IMG/VR virus record: IMGVR_UViG_3300017613_000725
Location: 1-49,373 of that record
Direction: 5' to 3' (one strand)
Source of the DNA: a virus
Length of the DNA: 49,373 nt
In this document: piece after piece, positions 8,556 through 17,066 of the stretch
Position numbering within the stretch: the first letter of the stretch is position 1
Layout: each line of letters starts with the position of its first letter
Translations under genes and position numbers: made by a program
The notes under the pieces: generated by a model
Database searches by the model: none
Seen by the model: only the letters and a program-made list of their open reading frames with translations
Told to the model about the DNA's origin: nothing

Positions 8556-8584
8556 CTGTTTTATTAACAACCAACGAGGAAGTT

Positions 8585-9421
8585 ATGAACATTAAAAATA
8601 TAGTCGTAATCTCTGACACACATTTTGGATGCCAACTTGGTGTTTGTAAAAAAATAAGATTAGATCACGGCGGGCATTATACCCCATCAAGGTTACAAAA
8701 GACTTTAGGCGTTTGGTGGGACATATTTTGGAGTGAATGGATACCACAAGCAACCAGGGGCAATGATTTTATTTTAGTCCACAATGGGGATATCATCGAT
8801 GGCATTCATCATAAAGCAACCACCCAAATATCCCACAATATAAATGACCAAAAGAACCTTGCTTTAGAAATGTTACAACCAGTTATAGATTTACCACACT
8901 GCAAAGGATACTATCAAATAAGAGGGACAGAAGCACACGCAGGGCAAGCACAGGAATATGAAGAAAATATAGCTCAACAATTAGGGGCTATAAAAAATGA
9001 GGACGGGCAGTATTCAAGATATGATTTGTGGTTAAAGTTTGGGGAGCATAAATTACTTGCTCACTTTGCACATCATATCGGGACAACTAATTCTGCAAGT
9101 TATGAGTCAACGGCAGTGCATAAAGAATATATTGAAGCTTGTGTTGAAGCAGGAAGGTGGGGGTTAAGCCCGCCAGATTGTGTTGTTCGTTCTCATAGGC
9201 ATAGATTTTACAAAACAGAGCTACCCTCTAAGAATGATAATGCAATTTCAGTGGTGACTCCAAGCTGGCAATTAAAAACACCCTTTGTTTGGAAGTTAGG
9301 GATGGGCAGAAGCTCAACTCCACAGATAGGCGGCATTGTAATTCGGGAGGGCACAGAAGTTAATATTTATTGCCGTCAAAAGGTTTGGAGCATTGAACGA
9401 TCTAAAGAGGTGCTGGTATAA
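8585..9421 (+). CDS. calcineurin-like metallophosphoesterase
   Basis: Start at ATG 8585 after GAGGA; motifs ISDTHFG, NGDIIDG, GTEAH, SHRH. Confidence 0.6.
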   Translation: MNIKNIVVISDTHFGCQLGVCKKIRLDHGGHYTPSRLQKTLGVWWDIFWSEWIPQATRGNDFILVHNGDIIDGIHHKATTQISHNINDQKNLALEMLQPVIDLPHCKGYYQIRGTEAHAGQAQEYEENIAQQLGAIKNEDGQYSRYDLWLKFGEHKLLAHFAHHIGTTNSASYESTAVHKEYIEACVEAGRWGLSPPDCVVRSHRHRFYKTELPSKNDNAISVVTPSWQLKTPFVWKLGMGRSSTPQIGGIVIREGTEVNIYCRQKVWSIERSKEVLV

Positions 9422-10173
9422 CTCGATTTGAAAAGAAAATAGAGAAAGCAATAAAAGCGTTAGAGTCATTTGAGCCGAAAGATGGTTATTATGTAGCGTT
9501 CTCAGGTGGGAAGGATAGTATAGTAATTTACGATTTGGTTAAAAGGGCGGGCGTGAAGTATGATGTTCACCATCACGTTACCACAATAGACCCGCCTGAG
9601 TTAATGAGGTTTATTAAAAAAGAATACTCAGAGGTAGATAGACATAAACCTGATTTGTCAATGTTTGAATTAGTTACTAAGAAAAAATCTTTGCCAACAA
9701 GGATAGGGCGTTTTTGCTGCGAATACTTAAAAGAGAGTGGCGGGAATAATAGGGTTATCATTTTAGGGATAAGATCAGAAGAAAGCAATAGTCGTAAAGA
9801 CAGAAAATTATTTGAATGGAATACAAAGCAAAATAAATTGATGTTTAATATTATTGTAGATTGGACAGAGAAAGATGTTTGGGAGTATATAGATTCAAAC
9901 AAATTAAAATACCCAGCAAGTTATGATACTGGCAAAAATAGACTTGGTTGTATCGGATGCCCCTTTAAAGGCGGCAAAAGAATGAAGAAAGAATTTGCAG
10001 AATATCCTAATATTAAGAAGGGATATATAAAAGCAATCCAGAAAGCACAAAATAATGGCGGATTTTCTTCTTTCAACGGGCATAATGCGGAACAAATATT
10101 TGATTGGTGGACTTCTGGTTTATCAGTAAAAGATTATCTACAAACATTAAAACAAGAGACGTTAAAATTATGA
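9406..10173 (+). CDS. PAPS-reductase-like PP-loop ATP pyrophosphatase; start codon unresolved
   Basis: SGGKDS P-loop at 9502-9519, then CCEYLK and GCIGCP motifs. Frame is open from 9406. The first ATG/GTG/TTG in frame is TTG 9535, downstream of the P-loop. Confidence 0.8.
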   Translation, partial: RGAGITRFEKKIEKAIKALESFEPKDGYYVAFSGGKDSIVIYDLVKRAGVKYDVHHHVTTIDPPELMRFIKKEYSEVDRHKPDLSMFELVTKKKSLPTRIGRFCCEYLKESGGNNRVIILGIRSEESNSRKDRKLFEWNTKQNKLMFNIIVDWTEKDVWEYIDSNKLKYPASYDTGKNRLGCIGCPFKGGKRMKKEFAEYPNIKKGYIKAIQKAQNNGGFSSFNGHNAEQIFDWWTSGLSVKDYLQTLKQETLKL

Positions 10174-10415
10174 AAGAGCCGAAAATAACCTATGCACAAT
10201 TTATGAAAGAGACAGACAAATACCGAAAGAATATTACTAATCGAGAAATTAAACTCACAAAAGAACAAAGAAAATTTATACTCAAATGCCGTGACCACGA
10301 AGAACCCGTTGCTTTTATAAAAATGGCAATACTGTGGGAACAATTCGGCTGGGGGAAAGTTTCCAGAACCGCTATTCAGGTACGTTGGAATAAAATTCAA
10401 AAAGGAGAACTATAA
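10170..10415 (+). CDS. small HTH-like hypothetical protein
   Basis: ATGA overlap with the upstream stop; GKVSRTAIQVRWNKI helix-like segment. Confidence 0.5.
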   Translation: MKEPKITYAQFMKETDKYRKNITNREIKLTKEQRKFILKCRDHEEPVAFIKMAILWEQFGWGKVSRTAIQVRWNKIQKGEL

Positions 10416-10425
10416 AGGAGAACAA

Positions 10426-10578
10426 ATGATAATCTGTGTATGCGGTAACGCAAAAAAAGATGAAGAAGAAATTTGTAAAGTATGCGGGCTGGTTTATACA
10501 TTACGCACACCAAAAGCACAACTTGAGATAGAAGAAGAACCACCTGAAAGTTTATATGTAGAGGTTATGGTGGAATGA
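10426..10578 (+). CDS. 50-aa zinc-ribbon protein
   Basis: AAGGAG SD; CVCG...CKVCG; ATGA overlap with the next gene. Confidence 0.5.
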   Translation: MIICVCGNAKKDEEEICKVCGLVYTLRTPKAQLEIEEEPPESLYVEVMVE

Positions 10579-10940
10579 AATACCTAAACCTTGCAGAAAG
10601 ATATTATAAGTTCCAAACCTATGTAGATATTTCCTGGGGGGAACTGTCTTGGTTCTCAGATTCCCTTGTCGAACTGATGGCAATTTTATATATACTCGAA
10701 AAGATAGGTATAGTAGTTGTTGGTGGTGTTATAATCTATGCCCTGATGGGTGCTTATATATTTTTCTTTTTCTTCGGGTTGATATTGAAGCGGACAGGTA
10801 TATATGATAAGTCGCAGTTTGTTGATGCTGAAATTGATCCGGTGTCTAAAGAAAACTTAGAAGCGTCAAGAAAGATTAACGAGTCATTATCCAAAATATT
10901 AGAAGCTGCGGAAATAATAATCAAGAAGGATAAATTATGA
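10575..10940 (+). CDS. membrane protein
   Basis: Two hydrophobic helices (VELMAILYILEKIGIVVVGGVIIYALMGAYIFFFFFGLIL). Confidence 0.6.
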   Translation: MKYLNLAERYYKFQTYVDISWGELSWFSDSLVELMAILYILEKIGIVVVGGVIIYALMGAYIFFFFFGLILKRTGIYDKSQFVDAEIDPVSKENLEASRKINESLSKILEAAEIIIKKDKL

Positions 10941-11074
10941 TACCTCAAAAAACACTTAAAAATATTTTCAAACTATTAAGAAAGATGCTGAAGTCTTATC
11001 GCCAACACAGAGACGAAAGAACCTACGATTCTATGCAGGCGGTGATAGATGACGCATTAGAACAGTTAAAATAA
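10937..11074 (+). CDS. 45-aa hypothetical protein
   Basis: ATGA overlap with the upstream stop; below the track cutoff. Confidence 0.4.
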   Translation: MIPQKTLKNIFKLLRKMLKSYRQHRDERTYDSMQAVIDDALEQLK

Positions 11075-11211
11075 TCACTCCCTTTAATTTATTTTCTGCA
11101 AAAACACGCCAAAAACAGCACATCTAAAAATAATTACAGAAAAGATTTGACTTTAAACAAAAAATTGTTAAATTAAAGTAACGATTATAATAAATTATTT
11201 GTAAAAACAAT

Positions 11212-12270
11212 ATGTCAAACAATAAAACGTGCCTTGTGACAGAGTGTAATAGGGAAAAACACGTTAGAGGATTTTGTAGAACACATTATAACTGCTACCT
11301 CAAAGGCATCGACCCTTATGGCTATGAAATTGGGGAATTTTTATACGATGGGGCAGAAAGAACCGGAGAAAAATATAATTACTGGACAATTATAAATTAT
11401 ATAGATACTAAACACTATGGCAAAAAGAAAGTTGCCACAAGGAGATATTTATGTGAATGTAGGTGTGGCAATAAAAAAATTATTCCAATAAATAATTTAG
11501 TTTCTGGTAAATCAGCTTCTTGCGGGTGTAAGGAATATAAATTATACAAGGACTATTCTATACGAGTTGCTGAGAGTCCACTATATAATATGTGGGCGGG
11601 TATGATGGATAGATGTTATAATAACAAATCTGGTGCTTATAAAAATTATGGTGGCAGGGGGATAACAGTTTATAGTTTGTGGCACAACGCAGAAAATTTT
11701 ATAAAAGATATTACAAAGCTTTTAGGCAAGAAACCGTCTAAAAAACACTCCTTAGATAGAGTAAGAAATAATGAGGGCTACTTTCCTGATAATGTTAGGT
11801 GGGCTACACAGAAACAGCAAATGAATAATACAAGATACTCAGATAAATTAACTGCTGGCAGGGTTGCTGAAAAGACAGGATATTCAAGAGAACGGATAAG
11901 ACAGCTTACTTATTATACATCATCTTCGCCAAGCAACGAATTCCCCCTAAATAAATATATACAAGAAATTTGCCGACCAGAGGGCGACAAAAAAACACAC
12001 TTTATATATAAACCAGAAGTTATACAATATTTAATAGATAGGAGAAATGGCAAAATGGAAAAGACGTTATTATTTGTGCCCTTTGAGTACGGTAAATTTA
12101 TGAGTGACTATGTTATAACCCTTCCGCAGCTTGCTCAAATTCTTGATACCACGGAAACATCACTAAGGTCTCATATCAATAGAGACAAGATACGGAAAGA
12201 ACATTATCACCTGTTAAAAACCAGGGGCTACGTTGTTGAAAAATATCTTCAATCCACATTAAAAAATTAG
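11212..12270 (+). CDS. multi-domain DNA-binding protein: N-terminal Cys/His cluster, AP2/HNH-associated-type middle region, sigma70-region-4-like HTH and a second HTH
   Basis: CLVTECNREKHVRGFCRTHY; YNMWAGMMDRCYN...YGGRGITV...LDRVRNNEGYFPDNVRWAT; AEKTGYSRERIRQL; LPQLAQILDTTETSLRSHI. Preceded by a 137-bp AT-rich gap. Confidence 0.55.
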   Translation: MSNNKTCLVTECNREKHVRGFCRTHYNCYLKGIDPYGYEIGEFLYDGAERTGEKYNYWTIINYIDTKHYGKKKVATRRYLCECRCGNKKIIPINNLVSGKSASCGCKEYKLYKDYSIRVAESPLYNMWAGMMDRCYNNKSGAYKNYGGRGITVYSLWHNAENFIKDITKLLGKKPSKKHSLDRVRNNEGYFPDNVRWATQKQQMNNTRYSDKLTAGRVAEKTGYSRERIRQLTYYTSSSPSNEFPLNKYIQEICRPEGDKKTHFIYKPEVIQYLIDRRNGKMEKTLLFVPFEYGKFMSDYVITLPQLAQILDTTETSLRSHINRDKIRKEHYHLLKTRGYVVEKYLQSTLKN

Positions 12271-12292
12271 AAACAAAGGCAGGTTTATTAAA

Positions 12293-12535
12293 ATGAAAAA
12301 ATTCAAACATAATTACGATACATCAACAGACGTTGAGCGCATAGCAGGGTTTAGTGATTGTCTAAATGAACTTTATAACGTTATTCAAAGACTTACTCAA
12401 AAAAACCCAGCCAAAAGATTTATAGACGCAGTTGAATTACTCAATAGAATAAGGGGCACTAACGATGATTTCGCAAAAATCTTCAAAGAGCTGAGAGGAG
12501 AATTAACCATTGAATCTTTTACAACACGCAATTAA
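12293..12535 (+). CDS. hypothetical protein
   Basis: Track ORF in tiling context. Confidence 0.6.
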   Translation: MKKFKHNYDTSTDVERIAGFSDCLNELYNVIQRLTQKNPAKRFIDAVELLNRIRGTNDDFAKIFKELRGELTIESFTTRN

Positions 12536-12554
12536 AAAATCAAGGAGAAGGGCT

Positions 12555-12785
12555 ATGAACGAAGCACCAAAAGAAGATGAGGTTAGTTTTTTTAACGACT
12601 TCTATGGCGAAAAAATAAATGACAACTACAACGCATTTGGCAGACACGAAGTAACTGTGTTTTATGATGACAAGATAAATAAAATTCTGGTTTGTGGTGA
12701 AGAGTGGGATGAGAATGTGCCCTTCCAGAGTAATAATGTCTATCAAAAAGCAGAACAATATCTAACGGAGAAAGGATTACTTTGA
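12555..12785 (+). CDS. hypothetical protein
   Basis: Start moved to the ATG after AAGGAGAAGG. Confidence 0.55.
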   Translation: MNEAPKEDEVSFFNDFYGEKINDNYNAFGRHEVTVFYDDKINKILVCGEEWDENVPFQSNNVYQKAEQYLTEKGLL

Positions 12786-13510
12786 AATTCTACGAGTTCA
12801 AAGAAGACGAGAAAAAAGTTGACATCTTTTCGGAAAGGTGGTATAAAATAGAAGATAAATTCTACCGGAATGTAACTACCATCTTGGGCATAATAGACAA
12901 AGGCTATAACTATGCCGAGTGGCTGAAACAAACTGGTTTCAATTCTGAGATTATAGTTGACCGGGCAGGGAAGTTCGGTACTGCTTTTCATCAGCTTGTA
13001 GAAAGATACCTATTAGAAGAAACTGTAAAGTACCACGACTTCGCTTATTTGGGAGAACAAACATCTACTGCTTTATGGGAACGCTTTATGCTATGGCTGG
13101 ACTTCTGGAAAGAATTGAATGGAAAGCACAAAGTAACCTACAAACCAGAGGGTGTTGAGTTTATTTGCCATTCAAGCAAGTATGAATATGCGGGGACGGT
13201 TGACCTTATAGCAAGGGTTGACGATATACTCACTTTATTCGATTGGAAAACGGGTAACTATGTTGGTGAAAAAGAAAAATTACAATTGACTGCTTATATG
13301 TACGCTACAAATATTGGCGAACCCCAAGCCAAAATAATTCACATACCTGCTAAGAAACCAAATAAAAAGGGGTATAGAACAATAGACGTACCTTTTGATA
13401 AAGATATGTTCGATTTGTTCTTAGCATCTAAAAAGTTATTTGATAGTCAAAACAAGGATGAGCCGAAAGTGCTTACCTTGCCACTTGAAGTAAATATAAA
13501 GGAGAAATAA
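12782..13510 (+). CDS. PD-(D/E)XK (RecB/Cas4-like) exonuclease
   Basis: GTVDLI ... DWKTG ... QLTAYMY matches RecB-family motifs II, III and QhxxY; TTG start overlapping the upstream stop. Confidence 0.65.
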   Translation: MKFYEFKEDEKKVDIFSERWYKIEDKFYRNVTTILGIIDKGYNYAEWLKQTGFNSEIIVDRAGKFGTAFHQLVERYLLEETVKYHDFAYLGEQTSTALWERFMLWLDFWKELNGKHKVTYKPEGVEFICHSSKYEYAGTVDLIARVDDILTLFDWKTGNYVGEKEKLQLTAYMYATNIGEPQAKIIHIPAKKPNKKGYRTIDVPFDKDMFDLFLASKKLFDSQNKDEPKVLTLPLEVNIKEK

Positions 13511-13511
13511 A

Positions 13512-13883
13512 ATGAGTTATCAAGAAACAAAAGTAGAAGATGCAATATCTTTAACCGATTATGAAAACAGACCAATGGAAGCTTACTACATTGAGAGTAA
13601 AATGGTCAATACAAAGTTTGGCGAGCAGATGATACATAGTTTCCAAAAACCAGAAGACGGAAAGAAAGTCTCTGTGTGGGGGTTTGCATCTCTTAACAGG
13701 AAGCTTGAGCATACACCGAAAGGAATACTTACTAAGGTTACTTATACGGGTAAGTCCACAGAAGCTAATAAATACGGAAATCTTTCTCATACTTGTTCAG
13801 TTTTTTTCGATACTGACAAGAAGCTGGAAGGGTTTAAGGAAGTAGAGCCAGAAATTGAAGATAATTCAGATCTTCCTTTCTGA
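13512..13883 (+). CDS. hypothetical protein in the recombination module (possible ssDNA-binding partner)
   Basis: Position directly after the nuclease; acidic C-terminal tail ending DLPF. Confidence 0.4.
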   Translation: MSYQETKVEDAISLTDYENRPMEAYYIESKMVNTKFGEQMIHSFQKPEDGKKVSVWGFASLNRKLEHTPKGILTKVTYTGKSTEANKYGNLSHTCSVFFDTDKKLEGFKEVEPEIEDNSDLPF

Positions 13884-14290
13884 TGAAAATATTTTGTAAA
13901 AATACTTCTGCTGGGCTTGTACCTCTTTATGACAGTGACTACGAAGAAAAACATAAGTTAAAAATTGGCGAGGTCTATTATTGTGATATTAAAAAACCAC
14001 GCAACTATGAATTCTTGAAAAAATTCTTTGCACTCATTAGGTTGGGGACTGAGAATAGCCCCCTTAATATGCCACAAGAAGCATACAGGGCTTATGTAAC
14101 AATGAAAGCTGGATATGCAGAAGTATATGAAACAGAAAGAGGAATGATGGTTTTACCCAAAAGTATATCTTTTTCTAATATGGGTGAAGATGAATTTGAC
14201 AAGCTATATTTTGGTGTGTTAAACGTGATCGCCAAAGACATTGGCACAGATAAGGAAACTATTTTAGAAGAAATAACAAATTTTATGTAA
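13883..14290 (+). CDS. DUF1367-like phage protein
   Basis: SAGLVPLYDSDYEE...KKPRNYEFLKKFFALIRLG resembles the DUF1367 N-terminal signature, recalled from memory. Confidence 0.45.
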   Translation: MKIFCKNTSAGLVPLYDSDYEEKHKLKIGEVYYCDIKKPRNYEFLKKFFALIRLGTENSPLNMPQEAYRAYVTMKAGYAEVYETERGMMVLPKSISFSNMGEDEFDKLYFGVLNVIAKDIGTDKETILEEITNFM

Positions 14291-14291
14291 T

Positions 14292-14651
14292 ATGAGAATA
14301 ATCAGAATTTTAATAATAGTAAACACTTTAATATTGTTTTTTGGAGGTTGTGAATATAAGCAACCAGAGAAAGCACAGATTTACCCATTCACGGGGCAAA
14401 GTATTATTGTGAGAACCGTTAATGGGATAGATACTATCGGTGCTGTCGGATATGTCCACGACCATAAAGGAAGATTAACTATCCATACGTTGGCATATAC
14501 AATGCGGATAGAACCGGCAGACACTTTGGTTTATAATAATTTTGGAAGAGATTGGTCTGATTCTCTGGATTGTATGATTTATTTTATCACAAAGCCAAGA
14601 AAGAAAATATGGTATTATAAATCAGCCTTAATAAGTTGGGGTGTAGAATGA
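14292..14651 (+). CDS. putative lipoprotein
   Basis: MRIIRILIIVNTLILFFGGC lipobox-like sequence. Confidence 0.5.
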   Translation: MRIIRILIIVNTLILFFGGCEYKQPEKAQIYPFTGQSIIVRTVNGIDTIGAVGYVHDHKGRLTIHTLAYTMRIEPADTLVYNNFGRDWSDSLDCMIYFITKPRKKIWYYKSALISWGVE

Positions 14652-14896
14652 GAACTTACAGCGAACAAAACTTTTTCAAAGGCAAGGCAAGTAGCTTCGA
14701 GAATCAAGGTAAGCCAGTTAGTGCCTTAGCACAGCTTTACCTTACAGAGATTAACGAAAACGGCGACTTTGAATTCTCACAGGGCTTTAGCGATATGCCT
14801 GGTGAGATTAAAAAAGAAGCAATCGATTTATACATTAACCGCTTTGATTATTTATCAAGGCATAAAATCTATGAACATTTGGAGAAGGAGAAATGA
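14648..14896 (+). CDS. hypothetical protein
   Basis: Start moved to the ATGA overlap at 14648. Confidence 0.55.
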   Translation: MRTYSEQNFFKGKASSFENQGKPVSALAQLYLTEINENGDFEFSQGFSDMPGEIKKEAIDLYINRFDYLSRHKIYEHLEKEK

Positions 14897-15036
14897 GACA
14901 GCTTCTTTTGGGTTTGCTATTCTTGGCCGTAGCTCGTTACTTTACAGATTTGGAGATGGACGAGAATTACAAAATACTTGCGATGATAGGATTGGCAGGA
15001 TTTTTATATTTAACAATATATTTTATAAGAATATAA
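14893..15036 (+). CDS. 47-aa membrane protein
   Basis: GGAGAAGGAG SD; ATGA overlap; two hydrophobic segments. Preferred over track ORF 14769..15086. Confidence 0.45.
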   Translation: MRQLLLGLLFLAVARYFTDLEMDENYKILAMIGLAGFLYLTIYFIRI

Positions 15037-15037
15037 G

Positions 15038-15072
15038 TAGCCAAACCCCGATGGAATTTAGTAGTTTTGGCT
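15038..15072 (+). terminator. stem-loop, TAGCCAAA/TTTGGCTA with a 19-nt loop
   Basis: 8-bp perfect stem immediately after the stop; no strong T-tract. Confidence 0.3.
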
Positions 15073-15101
15073 ATCTACAACAATAATTTAAGGAGATAGA
15101 A

Positions 15102-15350
15102 ATGACCAGAATATTTAATGTAGAATTTGAATTTAACTTGCTGTGGGACGGTGAAGACTTGGGGCAAGAAAAGGACAATCTAAATGTTGTAGGTGATGAT
15201 GGGAGAATAGCGATAACGGAAGCCGTGAAACAACTGTTTACGCCCCACGAGGAAGAAATAGAAGATGAAGATACGGGCGATATGAAAAAAGTGAAGGTTG
15301 ATTATAATAGCATACGCCTTCTTGAAGTGAAACTTTTGGCAGAAGCATAG
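15102..15350 (+). CDS. acidic hypothetical protein
   Basis: AAGGAG SD; D/E-rich. Confidence 0.6.
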   Translation: MTRIFNVEFEFNLLWDGEDLGQEKDNLNVVGDDGRIAITEAVKQLFTPHEEEIEDEDTGDMKKVKVDYNSIRLLEVKLLAEA

Positions 15351-15420
15351 ACCCAATAAATTTATCAAATAATGAAACTACTAATAATATTATTCCCGGT
15401 TAAGAAAGGTGCGAAATACG

Positions 15421-16179
15421 ATGCCTAAAGACCCAGCATTCTTATTTTATTACCAAGATTTTTTAGTAGGCACGTCATTTTTAACAAACGAAGAAACTGG
15501 GGCATATATTAGAATATTAGCACACTTAGCCGATAAAGAGGTGTTGGACGAAGAACATATGATAAACATATGTATAACACAGAATATATGGGATTCTATT
15601 AAAAGTAAATTTGTAGTAGATAATGAAGGCAATTTTTATAATGAAAGATTAAGAGAAGAGTCTATTAAACGCAGGGAATACGCAGAAAGTAGAAGAAAAA
15701 ACAGGTTAGGGAAATCAAAATCATATGATAAACATATGGAAAATGGAAATGGAAATGAAGATAGAATTAAAGAATTAAAGAATGATAAGAATAAACACAG
15801 GGGGGAGTTTTTTGAAAATCTTTTTAATCTCTATCTGTTAGAATTTGTTAATAAACTTTCTTTAGAGACTTGGAAAGAGTGGGTAAGTTACCGGCGGGAG
15901 ATAAAAAAGAAGCTAACTAAATCTATGGCTGAAAAACAATTAAAGTTTTTAGTGCTACAAGGCGACCCCACTGGGTGTATAAACGAATCAATAAAGAATG
16001 GCTGGGCTGGCTTGTTCGAGTTAAAAAACAACCAATCAGTGAAACCGAAGATTGAGGGGACGGGCAGACGGGTGGCTTCGTATGAACAAACACAGAAGTT
16101 ATTTAGGGAAAATGAAGAAGCATTAAAAAAACAAGGCAAGTGGGACGGGGCAATAAAAACAGAAAATAAAGAAAGCTAA
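15421..16179 (+). CDS. DUF1376-like replication-associated protein
   Basis: PKDPAFLFYYQDFLVGTSFLTNEETGAYIRIL matches the DUF1376 N-terminal signature; start set at ATG 15421. Confidence 0.55.
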   Translation: MPKDPAFLFYYQDFLVGTSFLTNEETGAYIRILAHLADKEVLDEEHMINICITQNIWDSIKSKFVVDNEGNFYNERLREESIKRREYAESRRKNRLGKSKSYDKHMENGNGNEDRIKELKNDKNKHRGEFFENLFNLYLLEFVNKLSLETWKEWVSYRREIKKKLTKSMAEKQLKFLVLQGDPTGCINESIKNGWAGLFELKNNQSVKPKIEGTGRRVASYEQTQKLFRENEEALKKQGKWDGAIKTENKES

Positions 16180-16264
16180 AACATTTTAAGGAGATTAGCA
16201 GTGTGGCAAATAAACCGCACTGAAATTATGAACTTAAATAAATATTTTAATAACAAAAATGCCG

Positions 16265-16307
16265 AATCAAATAACTTGTCAGCTTTGAGTTGCTGGTTAG
16301 TTTGATT
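16265..16307 (+). repeat. junction hairpin with 3' box (copy E1)
   Basis: AATCAAATAAC...CAGC-N8-GCTG-GTTAGTTTGATT; 3' box TTGTCAGCTTTGAGTTGCTGGTTAG (16276-16300). Preceded by hairpin CAGTGTGG-caaataaa-CCGCACTG (16199-16222). Confidence 0.6.
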
Positions 16308-16325
16308 TTTGGCGGGAGAAATAAA

Positions 16326-16430
16326 ATGCTACACTTAACAGCTTTAGAATTAAATTCTTTAGGGTTCAAACAAAAGATTATAGATGGTTGGGTTAAAATA
16401 AAATCATTAATTGACGAAGCGTCCTGCTAA
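16326..16430 (+). CDS. 34-aa hypothetical protein
   Basis: GGGAGAA SD; the TAA stop forms part of the CTAACGG 5' box. Confidence 0.35.
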   Translation: MLHLTALELNSLGFKQKIIDGWVKIKSLIDEASC

Positions 16431-16551
16431 CGGTAGGGGCTTAAAGCGCAACGAGAAATCAGAGTAAATATTGAATTATGAATAACACTAAAAACATAAA
16501 AACCAAAACAAAGGAGACAACGAAAGTTGTCGACTTTGAAGCCTTTGTTAG
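16427..16551 (+). repeat. junction unit A (CTAAC...GTTAG, 125 nt)
   Basis: 5' CTAACGGTAGGGGCTTAA (16427-44); 3' box TTGTCGACTTTGAAGCCTTTGTTAG (16527-51) inside the 5' end of CDS 16478. Confidence 0.55.
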
Positions 16552-16774
16552 AATTTTTTGGGCGATAATAAACCCAGTAATTTGGAGATTAGGTAGAAAG
16601 CATAAGTGGGTGAGAGACAAATATAGAAGGATAAGAAAAGGTAAGTATTTATGGGGCATTATGGGGGCTATTGTTGATTATGAATCATCAGATAATGCCG
16701 AGTGTAAACCAGACCCAGAATTTGAAAAGTATATGAAAAGAATTTTTGAATATAAAAGCCCAAAACAATTATAA
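16478..16774 (+). CDS. hypothetical protein
   Basis: Track ORF; stop TAA embedded in TATAACGG. Confidence 0.6.
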   Translation: MNNTKNIKTKTKETTKVVDFEAFVRIFWAIINPVIWRLGRKHKWVRDKYRRIRKGKYLWGIMGAIVDYESSDNAECKPDPEFEKYMKRIFEYKSPKQL

Positions 16775-16859
16775 CGGTTGGCAAATAATGCGCAGCGAAG
16801 TAATTAAAATACCAAATCGGGAGACAGCTTTAGCTGTCGCTTTGATTTGATGGTTATAA
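16769..16859 (+). repeat. junction unit B (TTATAAC...GTTATAA, 91 nt)
   Basis: Perfect 7-bp terminal inverted repeat; inner hairpin CAAATC..GACAGC-ttta-GCTGTC..GATTTG; contains GGCAAATAA. Confidence 0.65.
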
Positions 16860-16881
16860 AATTATTAGATGGAATAATAAA

Positions 16882-17061
16882 ATGAATTGCCCAGAATGTG
16901 AAAAAGAAATGGAACAGATAGATACTACTTATTCTAATGTTAATACAGAGAGAGCGAAAAAAGAACAACACACTGGTAATATTTATAGATGCGATGACTG
17001 TGATTTACTTTGGTTAGAAAACTTATTAAATAATGGAATATTAGAAGCGTGGGCTTACTAA
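16882..17061 (+). CDS. 59-aa zinc-ribbon protein
   Basis: CPECEK...CDDCD; below the track cutoff. Confidence 0.55.
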   Translation: MNCPECEKEMEQIDTTYSNVNTERAKKEQHTGNIYRCDDCDLLWLENLLNNGILEAWAY

Positions 17062-17066
17062 TAATT

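Noticed and set aside
9462-9492. An extra copy of the 3' box (GAGTCATTTGAGCCGAAAGATGGTTAT) inside the PAPS-reductase N-terminal region
   Set aside because: This stretch encodes the family-typical segment preceding the SGGKDS loop. It has no partner 5' box or hairpin, so the resemblance is probably coincidental.
14769-15086. 105-aa plus-strand track ORF
   Set aside because: It overlaps the well-supported CDS 14648..14896 in another frame, and its sequence is not protein-like. The ATGA-coupled 47-aa membrane ORF 14893..15036 explains the region better.
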